A stretch of 10,277 nucleotides of DNA from a bacterium (GCA_046757525.1 JBHHYI010000149.1:1-10277), one strand, 5' to 3'. Positions 1 to 5,911 are shown, counted from the first letter of the stretch. The notes: a model not told the origin generated them from the letters alone. Numbers and translations are program-made.

Positions 1-2
1 AG

Positions 3-31
3 GCGCCAGCAGAGCTGGCGCAGCACTCCAA
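3..31. repeat. REP-like palindrome (8-bp stem, AGA loop, GGAG motif on minus strand)
   Basis: GCGCCAGC(3-10)-AGA-GCTGGCGC(14-21) is a perfect inverted repeat, followed by AGCACTCCAA. The minus strand reads TTGGAGTGCT then the hairpin. Intergenic and at the window edge. Confidence 0.5.
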
Positions 32-178
32 ATTGCCGCCCGCCCAGGCGTGCTGAAGAGCCCCGCGCTGGTTTCAGCTTGTCCGGCTCAACGTTCTATT
101 TAGTATCCAAGCTCACGCCGTCACTGTTGGACCAGCGCATTGGTTGCAATTCGCTAACGTTTGTTTAAGCCTTTTAAT

Positions 179-207
179 TTGACTTACTTACGAAATATCT
201 TTATTTT
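179..207 (+). promoter_or_regulatory. sigma70-like promoter for the PqqD-family gene
   Basis: TTGACT(179-184), 17-nt spacer, TATTTT(202-207) in an AT-rich patch. Predicted TSS at about 214-215. Confidence 0.55.
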
Positions 208-214
208 AAGCCCT

Positions 215-499
215 ATGACCAGACCCATATCTGCCAAGGCAAGACCGAAAGTTGGAGAAAAGATTTTGTTCCGGATCGAAAACGAACGCGCCGTGCTTTT
301 TGACGTGGAAGAAGGGGAACCCTACATACTCAACGAATCGGCCACTGAAATCTGGCAGTTGTTCGATGGAAAAACCGAGCTGGAAAGTATTGCCACCACA
401 CTGTTCCAGGTTTACGACGAGGATGAGGAAGCGATTAGAAACGAGTTTCTTGCTTTCGTAGAGTCTCTGGTCGAGAAGGAATTCTTGCAGTTGACTTGA
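215..499 (+). CDS. PqqD-family protein / RiPP recognition element (RRE), stand-alone, 94 aa
   Basis: Matches the PqqD pattern: AVLFDVEEGEPYILNESATEIWQLFDGKTELESIATTLFQVYD...FVESLVEKEFL. ATG 215 is preferred over the ORF-track TTG 161 because the upstream extension overlaps the promoter. Confidence 0.85.
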   Translation: MTRPISAKARPKVGEKILFRIENERAVLFDVEEGEPYILNESATEIWQLFDGKTELESIATTLFQVYDEDEEAIRNEFLAFVESLVEKEFLQLT

Positions 500-524
500 G
501 ACCGCCGGTCAGGTGAACGTGGTT

Positions 525-953
525 CTACGAGGTGTTCTTCGCTGGAGGGATCAATAGGGATTGCATGGCCTCGCGGATGTCCCTGGGAATGACAACCAGC
601 CTACCGTTTTCCAGGAACATGCCGGTGGCGGTTCCGGTCAGAATCAGCTTCTTCGAATGGGTTTCGTAGATCTCATGTCCCCAGGTCGCCTTGCGATTGG
701 TAATTTCGATAAACCAGCCGTAGACCTCTAACACGTCGTTCAGTTTTGCCGGATGCTTGTAGCGCATGGTGACGTCGGTCAGGTAGACCTGGATTTTTCT
801 TTGGTGCAGCACTTCTAAGCTGAATCCCAACTCCTCAAAAAAGTCGGTGCGGGCGTCTTCCAGGTAAGTGAAATATTGCGCATTGTTGACATGCCCATAG
901 GAATCGATGTGGTGGTTTCGCACTTTTACCAGAGTTTTCCTTTTTTGCCCCAA
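525..953 (-). CDS. Acyl-CoA thioesterase, hot-dog fold (4HBT/YbgC/FadM-like)
   Basis: Motif VRNHHIDSYGHVNNAQYFTYLEDAR (D-x-x-G-H-V-N-N) and YKHPAKLNDVLEV. TTG at 953 is preferred (GGGA 9 nt upstream, 142 aa). The ORF-track start at 1043 adds an atypical N-terminus. Confidence 0.88.
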   Translation of the reverse strand: MGQKRKTLVKVRNHHIDSYGHVNNAQYFTYLEDARTDFFEELGFSLEVLHQRKIQVYLTDVTMRYKHPAKLNDVLEVYGWFIEITNRKATWGHEIYETHSKKLILTGTATGMFLENGRLVVIPRDIREAMQSLLIPPAKNTS

Positions 954-1107
954 GATGTTTAGTCCCACTTTTGATCGCCAAACAAGCGTAGCAATTCGAT
1001 TTTCTGGTCTACGGTTAAACTGTACTGGTCCAGAATTCGCCACAGATTTTCACCTGCTTGCAATCGCTTTTGGATCTCGCGAATTATCTGCGGATCCAGT
1101 TTTGCGC

Positions 1108-1506
1108 TCATCGTCCAGGTCTTTCCTTCAATAATTGTGCGGCTTTCTTGTCGTCAGTGGTCGTGAGGACCACCAGGCACCGGTCTCCGAGTGCGGTGGC
1201 ATAGGCGTTCTCAATGTTGATTTTCTTTTGGGACAGCGTTTCTGCTAAAACGGCCATCGCGCCTGAATGGTTCTCCAGGTCTACAGTTAACACGTTGCTT
1301 TCGCCAAACATCAGCCCTAATTTGTGTAAGGTTTCCTTGGCCCTTTCGGTGTCATCTACAATCAATTTGACAATGCCCCAATCTAAATCGTCTACAACCG
1401 TTAACGCCTTAATGTTGATGTTCGCCTTGGATAGCCCGGCGCACAGGTCCCCCAGGCTGCCGACTTTATTTTGCACAAAAACTGACAACTGTTTTTCAAT
1501 TGGCAT
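1108..1506 (-). CDS. Tandem ACT-domain protein (amino-acid-binding regulatory protein)
   Basis: Two ACT repeats, QLSVFVQNKVGSLGDLCAGLSKANINI and VDLENHSGAMAVLAETLSQKKINIENAY. Strong RBS AGGGAGG upstream of the ATG. Confidence 0.9.
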   Translation of the reverse strand: MPIEKQLSVFVQNKVGSLGDLCAGLSKANINIKALTVVDDLDWGIVKLIVDDTERAKETLHKLGLMFGESNVLTVDLENHSGAMAVLAETLSQKKINIENAYATALGDRCLVVLTTTDDKKAAQLLKERPGR

Positions 1507-1537
1507 ATAGACCTCCCTGGCGATTTTGGGTTAAGTT

Positions 1538-1712
1538 TAACCTGAATCATTCATAAAACTCACCGCAGAGACGCTAAGACACTGAGAATGCAAGGGATAT
1601 GGACAGGCGCTCTTCAACAGTGCATTGCTGTCGCGGCAGTTGAACTGCTGTGCAAAGTATTGTTTTGTCTTCAAGACGTTGCGTCTGTGCGGTTTATGAA
1701 TTGGTCAGGTTA
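1538..1712. mobile_element. MITE-like element with imperfect terminal inverted repeats, TA at both ends
   Basis: Left end TAACCTGAATCATTCATAAAACTCACCGCAGAGACGC (1538-1574) aligns with the reverse complement of the right end, TAACCTGACCAATTCATAAACCGCACAGACGC (1681-1712): 28 of 32 positions match, with one 5-nt gap. No coding capacity recognised. Confidence 0.55.
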
Positions 1713-1715
1713 CGT

Positions 1716-1744
1716 ATTATACTTAATAGCATCTGAAAAATCAA
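1716..1744 (-). promoter_or_regulatory. sigma70-like promoter for the ACT/thioesterase genes
   Basis: Minus strand TTGATT(1744-1739), 17-nt spacer, consensus TATAAT(1721-1716). Predicted TSS at about 1709. Confidence 0.65.
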
Positions 1745-1836
1745 GGGAAAAAGTCTTGTTTCACGAAAGCCATACGTCCGTGGCTTCTTAGAAGCCCCGT
1801 GCACGCTTGCGTGCTTTTACATGAAAGAAATGCCCT

Positions 1837-1859
1837 CGCAAACGAGACGTTTGCGTTAC
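1837..1859 (-). repeat. REP-like hairpin, copy 1
   Basis: CGCAAACG-AGA-CGTTTGCG followed by TTAC (GTAA foot on the minus strand). Confidence 0.7.
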
Positions 1860-1891
1860 GAAGAGCAGGCGTTTCTTAGAAACACTGTGCG

Positions 1892-2000
1892 AGTCATCCC
1901 GAGTAGGTCACTGCTGTGCAAGTGATCGTATCGAGGGGTGACGGACGTCGCCCTTCGATACGTCCCGACCCAAAAGCGTTCGGGACTACTCAGGACGACT
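1892..2000. repeat. Four-helix cloverleaf palindromic element
   Basis: Stems 1892-1906/1986-2000, 1907-1912/1921-1926, 1927-1942/1947-1962 and 1963-1968/1980-1985 abut one another with no linker bases. Confidence 0.7.
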
Positions 2001-2001
2001 A

Positions 2002-2157
2002 CCTTTGTTAAAGGAGAACGGTTATTGAAGCGTCCAGCGAAAAAACCAGGGGGATTTCAGGAGGCGTGCTGAAATCCCGAGTCATGGTTCGCGCGGCCAG
2101 ACATCCCTCTGATTCTCACTCTGGACGAGCGAAAATCTGTCTCTCTTCAAAGGGAGA
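2002..2157. repeat. Symmetric nested inverted-repeat element
   Basis: Central perfect 10-bp stem GGGATTTCAG(2051-2060)/CTGAAATCCC(2069-2078), flanked by AACCA/TGGTT and CGTCCAG(2031-2037)/CTGGACG(2121-2127), with small hairpins at both ends. Confidence 0.45.
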
Positions 2158-2165
2158 ATGGGCTG

Positions 2166-2192
2166 TGCAATCGAGACGATTGCGTTACAATT
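2166..2192 (-). repeat. REP-like hairpin, copy 2
   Basis: TGCAATCG-AGA-CGATTGCG followed by TTACAATT. Confidence 0.7.
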
Positions 2193-2212
2193 AACGCGTG
2201 TTTCCTAATAGC

Positions 2213-2241
2213 TTGATTTTTAATTTCAATTGAAGTAATTT
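2213..2241 (+). promoter_or_regulatory. sigma70-like promoter for the Dabb-nuclease-ATPase operon
   Basis: TTGATT(2213-2218), 17-nt spacer, TAATTT(2236-2241) in an AT-rich patch. The spacer contains the palindrome TTCAATTGAA (2225-2234). Confidence 0.5.
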
Positions 2242-2301
2242 ACAAAAACCCTTTGGCAGGTTCATTTATGAAAGAGCAGCTTTTCAGAGTGCCACAAAAA
2301 G

Positions 2302-2328
2302 AACAAACGAGACGTTTGTTTTACAATT
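2302..2328 (-). repeat. REP-like hairpin, copy 3
   Basis: AACAAACG-AGA-CGTTTGTT followed by TTACAATT. Lies in the predicted 5' leader of the Dabb gene. Confidence 0.7.
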
Positions 2329-2359
2329 CGAGCCGGGGCAGATTTGGAGGACTGAGCCT

Positions 2360-2671
2360 ATGGTCAAGCACATCGTCATGTGGAAACTAAAGGAATTCGC
2401 CGACGGGGCTTCTAAACAAGAAAACGCCAGGATTTTGCGGAGTAGACTCGAATCATTGCAGCGAGAAATTGAAGAGGTCAAATCTCTCGAGGTAGGCGTT
2501 AATTTCAATCCCACTGAGGTCGCCTACGACGTTGTTCTGGTTGCTGAGTTTGAAGATAAACAGGCTTTGAGCCGCTACCAAAATCACCCGGAACATCAGA
2601 GGCTGATTACCGAATTGCTGGACAAGATTCGTTTGGAGAAAAAAGTTGTTGATTATGAACTCACAGATTAA
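2360..2671 (+). CDS. Dabb-family (stress-responsive alpha/beta barrel) protein
   Basis: N-terminal MVKHIVMWKLK, then YDVVLVAEFEDKQALSRYQNHPEHQ, and C-terminal VVDYE. RBS GGAGG at 2346-2350. Confidence 0.92.
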   Translation: MVKHIVMWKLKEFADGASKQENARILRSRLESLQREIEEVKSLEVGVNFNPTEVAYDVVLVAEFEDKQALSRYQNHPEHQRLITELLDKIRLEKKVVDYELTD

Positions 2672-2694
2672 TCGAGCTTGGAAGGAATTGAGTT

Positions 2695-3756
2695 TTGAAA
2701 ATAGCTATCACAGCAGATTTACACCTCACCAATCGTAAGGACCACCCGGAACGTTTCCATGCGCTCGAGAATATCCTCGAACAAATAAGGGAAGAACAGA
2801 TCAGCACCCTCATCATTGCCGGAGATTTGTTTGACGAAGCCAGCCGCAATTACGCGGAGTTTGATCAACTCTGCAGCTCTGACCCACATGCGGGCATCGC
2901 CTTTTTCGTCATTCCCGGCAACCACGATGCCTTCATCAGCGAGGCGCAAATCACAGCAAAGAATGTTAAAGTCATCACCCAACCTGTGATCGAATCGTTT
3001 GAGCCCAACTTGCAGCTCTTATTCTTGCCTTACAAAAAAGAGACAACCATGGGAGAAAAAATCGCCGGGGTTGCGGCTGACCTGGTGCCAAATGAGTGGA
3101 TTCTAATCAGTCACGGCGACTGGTCGGAAGGGATCAGAGAACCGAATCCTTTTGAACCGGGCGTCTACATGCCGCTGACTCGGACTGATCTGGACAATTT
3201 CAAGCCCGCTGAAGTCCTCCTGGGGCACATTCACAAACCCATGGATGCGGGCCGGGTTCATTACGTGGGATCGCCTTGTGGTTTGAACAGCCTGGAGACG
3301 GGCCGTCGACGTTTCTTGGTTCTCGATACGGAAACACGGACCCTCCAATCAAAGATCGTAGAAACCGACTTCATTTATTTCAACGTTTCGTTGATCGTGC
3401 TGCCGCTCAAAGATGAAAGGGCTTACCTCGAGCAACAAATTGCTAATGAAATCGAGAAATGGGGGCTTGCAGAAGCTGAGAAACCCCGAGTGCGACTGCA
3501 AGTAAAAGTCCGCGGCTACACCGCCGACAAGCGAGCTTTGCAGGAAACGATCGGCGCTGGATTCCGGCATTTTAAATTTTACAAGAACCGCCGGCCCGAC
3601 CTTGCAGAGGTCTCCACTTCGGAGGACCAGGAACGGGGCGAAATTGCTGAACGCGTGTCTGCCTGGATTGAGAAAGTGAGCTGGCCAGCCCGTGACCCCC
3701 AACCCACGAAAGCAGAAGCGCTTTTGCAAGCCCTGCACGTCATTTATGGTGACTGA
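2695..3756 (+). CDS. Mre11/SbcD/YhaO-like calcineurin-type metallophosphoesterase (DNA repair nuclease)
   Basis: All five phosphoesterase motifs are present: TADLHL, IAGDLFD, IPGNHD, ISHG, LGHIH, followed by YVGSP. TTG start with GGAAGGA at 2680-2686. Confidence 0.9.
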   Translation: MKIAITADLHLTNRKDHPERFHALENILEQIREEQISTLIIAGDLFDEASRNYAEFDQLCSSDPHAGIAFFVIPGNHDAFISEAQITAKNVKVITQPVIESFEPNLQLLFLPYKKETTMGEKIAGVAADLVPNEWILISHGDWSEGIREPNPFEPGVYMPLTRTDLDNFKPAEVLLGHIHKPMDAGRVHYVGSPCGLNSLETGRRRFLVLDTETRTLQSKIVETDFIYFNVSLIVLPLKDERAYLEQQIANEIEKWGLAEAEKPRVRLQVKVRGYTADKRALQETIGAGFRHFKFYKNRRPDLAEVSTSEDQERGEIAERVSAWIEKVSWPARDPQPTKAEALLQALHVIYGD

Positions 3757-3758
3757 GC

Positions 3759-5852
3759 ATGCCAATCCACATCGATGAAATCAATGTGCGCAACCTGGGA
3801 CCGGTCGCGCAACTGTCCGTCCGGTTAGGCGCCTTGAACCTCATCTACGGTCACAACGAGCAAGGCAAAACCTACCTGGTCGAGTTTTTGATTCGCTCGC
3901 TGTTTAGAAATTCGGGGCAGTGGAAACTGCGTGGCAGCCAGGGGCAAGGTCGAGTCAGCGTAAAGGGCATCTCTGCTGAAACCGTGCACTTTTCACCGGA
4001 TTCCACGCAAAAACTGGAAGACTTCTGGCAGGATTCTTTCCAGGGTCTGCCTGCAGATTTCTCCAAACTGCTGGTCGTTAAGGCGGCGGAGGTAGAACTG
4101 GCCAACGTTGCCGGTGGGGTCAACAAAGCGATTCTGAAGCGCTACCTGTCCAGCAAGGAAATCCTGGACCACATCGACAGACGAATTACCAAAACCATTC
4201 GAGAATCCAGGATCGAAAATCATTTAATCATCGGCCAGAAGCGGGGCGAAATTGCTGTTAGAGAAGAATTAAGTCGTGATTTAGAGAGCATCGATCGCCT
4301 GTTTGACCAAATCGACAAGGGCTATTCCGGCGGACGGCGCCAAACCCTCGCCGACCAAATTCAGAAACTGGAAGAACAGCAGGCCCGGCTGCTGCTGGCC
4401 AAACAGCATCTGGCGTTCAAAGTTGCCCAAGAGATCAGTAGCTTAAAGGAGGCCAGGAGTCGAATCGCTCGGGAAAAGTTGGAGGCATTGAAAAGCGACG
4501 TCGTTTTGTTTACGGAAAAAACTGCGGACTTCAAACGCAAGCAGGAGGAACAAAAACGAGCGGCGCTGCAAAGCGACAAATACGAATGGTTGCGACAGGC
4601 CAGGGACGTGTATGAGAAGGCTCTCAACCAAGAGGTTGGCAGACCGAGTCCATTGATCCTAATTGGTTTGCTGCTGGCGGTCGGTGCGGTTGCTGCCTTT
4701 GCGCTTTTGAAAAATCCGGCGGCAACCCTTGCTGCCCTGACTGGCGTCGTGGCCCTCGGCCTGTTTTATTTGCTGCGGTACCAAAAGCTTGCCAGGCAGG
4801 CGGTCAAGAGCGAAGAGTTGGGCAAGATTCAAAACGAGTTTAGGAAGAATTTCGGTCGAGAATCGGTGGACCTGGCCTCGATCCTGGAGCTGCTGCAAGA
4901 ACAGGAAGCCGCTCACAATACGGCCCAACTACTGGCGCAACAATTGTCTGAGGATTCCAGGGGTTTAGAAGCCTTGCAGGCAAAACTTGCCGGCAGCTTT
5001 TATGACCTGACCGGGGAGAGACAGAAGCCTGAGAGCTGGGAACAAGTGCTGCGGCAGTTAAGCACCCAATTGCAAGACATTGAAAATGCTATTCGAGAAA
5101 AGGAGATCTTTTTGGCCCAACTTGGCGTAGACGCCTCAGATTACCGCTCCACGCCCGCCGAGTTAGAGTACAGCAAGCACCTGCTCGAGGAGGTCGAGGC
5201 TGAGTTGGACGCTGTCCGGAAAGAAATTGCAGAGGAAACCCGCAAACTCGACATCCTGAAACAGTTGATTTGCCAACAAACCGGCGATGATATTGCCACC
5301 GATTGGGAGAGCTTGATTCTCAATTTGAGAAATCTAAGGGAAAGGCAATCACAAGCCTACAAGACGAAAACCGCAGAGATTTTAGGAAAGATCGCGGTGC
5401 ACAACGTGCTGGAAGAATTGCGCAAAACCGAAGACGCGAAAATCATCGCAGGGCTGAATTCCAATGAGGTGCAAAGCGCTTTGTTTGCGGTGACTAATCG
5501 CTACAAAAGCCTCCGTTTGGAAGCGGACCAACTGCTGATTGCCGATCAATTCCAGGTCTTTCCCCTCGAAGAGTTGAGTACGGGTGCTCAGGAACAAACT
5601 CTGCTGGCGCTGCGGATTGGATTTAGCTCCAGACTCATGAAGCGGGATGCGTTGTTTCTGATTCTGGACGACGCCTTTCAATTTTCCGACTGGAATCGCA
5701 GAGATCTTCTGCTGGGCAAAGCGGTGGCTTTGGTCAAGAATGGCTGGCAGATCATCTACCTTACCATGGACGACAACATCCGCGACCGGTTCTTGGAGCA
5801 GGGTAAAGCATTCAATGAGGGGTTTAAGTACGTGGAGCTGAAAGACCGTTAA
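3759..5852 (+). CDS. SMC/Rad50-superfamily coiled-coil ATPase, YhaN/SbcE-like, with a central transmembrane hairpin
   Basis: Walker A GHNEQGKT (aa 31-38), long heptad-rich coiled coils, signature LSTGAQEQ (aa 606-613), Walker B/D-loop LILDDAFQFSD, hydrophobic hairpin at aa 299-339. Starts 2 nt after the nuclease stop codon. Confidence 0.88.
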   Translation: MPIHIDEINVRNLGPVAQLSVRLGALNLIYGHNEQGKTYLVEFLIRSLFRNSGQWKLRGSQGQGRVSVKGISAETVHFSPDSTQKLEDFWQDSFQGLPADFSKLLVVKAAEVELANVAGGVNKAILKRYLSSKEILDHIDRRITKTIRESRIENHLIIGQKRGEIAVREELSRDLESIDRLFDQIDKGYSGGRRQTLADQIQKLEEQQARLLLAKQHLAFKVAQEISSLKEARSRIAREKLEALKSDVVLFTEKTADFKRKQEEQKRAALQSDKYEWLRQARDVYEKALNQEVGRPSPLILIGLLLAVGAVAAFALLKNPAATLAALTGVVALGLFYLLRYQKLARQAVKSEELGKIQNEFRKNFGRESVDLASILELLQEQEAAHNTAQLLAQQLSEDSRGLEALQAKLAGSFYDLTGERQKPESWEQVLRQLSTQLQDIENAIREKEIFLAQLGVDASDYRSTPAELEYSKHLLEEVEAELDAVRKEIAEETRKLDILKQLICQQTGDDIATDWESLILNLRNLRERQSQAYKTKTAEILGKIAVHNVLEELRKTEDAKIIAGLNSNEVQSALFAVTNRYKSLRLEADQLLIADQFQVFPLEELSTGAQEQTLLALRIGFSSRLMKRDALFLILDDAFQFSDWNRRDLLLGKAVALVKNGWQIIYLTMDDNIRDRFLEQGKAFNEGFKYVELKDR

Positions 5853-5886
5853 ACCCGGACGGGACCAATGGGAAACAAGGGCTTGC

Positions 5887-5911
5887 AGATGTCTGCTTTC
5901 GCAGGAATGAC
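5887..5911. repeat. Degenerate short palindromic repeat of the GGATTCCCGCTTTCGCGGGAATGAC type
   Basis: AGATGTCTGCTTTCGCAGGAATGAC has a CTGC-TTTC-GCAG core and resembles the ATTCCC-N8-GGGAAT (dRS3-like) repeat. Only one copy in this window. Confidence 0.4.

Noticed and set aside
161..214. N-terminal extension of the PqqD ORF from TTG 161
   Set aside because: It overlaps the -35/-10 elements and is not part of the PqqD fold.
954..1043. N-terminal extension of the thioesterase ORF from GTG 1043
   Set aside because: Family similarity starts near the TTG at 953, which has a plausible RBS.
1071..1098. Hairpin TGGATC-T-CGC/GCG-GATCCA as an intrinsic terminator for the ACT gene
   Set aside because: It is followed by A-rich rather than U-rich sequence on the coding (minus) strand, so at most it is a stability or processing hairpin.
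1507..1709. Known riboswitch or T-box in the ACT gene leader
   Set aside because: No recognisable T-box, SAM, TPP, lysine or glycine consensus was seen, and the long terminal inverted repeat explains the structure better. An Rfam scan would settle it.
1588..1791. 67-aa ORF on the + strand
   Set aside because: It runs across the MITE-like element and the minus-strand promoter, and has no RBS or recognisable motif.
1892..2000. Cloverleaf as a tRNA gene
   Set aside because: The 15-bp closing stem and 16-bp central arm are too long, and there is no TTC T-loop, 7-nt anticodon loop or CCA end.
1837..2328. Three similar palindromic repeats as a CRISPR array
   Set aside because: Spacing is irregular (329 and 136 nt), the repeats differ by compensatory changes, and no cas genes are present.
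2695..5852. Calling the pair canonical sbcD/sbcC, or a Wadjet/Lamassu system
   Set aside because: There is no CxxC hook, the Walker B is DD-type and a TM hairpin is present, which fits YhaO/YhaN-like proteins. No kleisin, KITE, JetD or LmuA/LmuC-like partner is visible, so no gene symbols were assigned.
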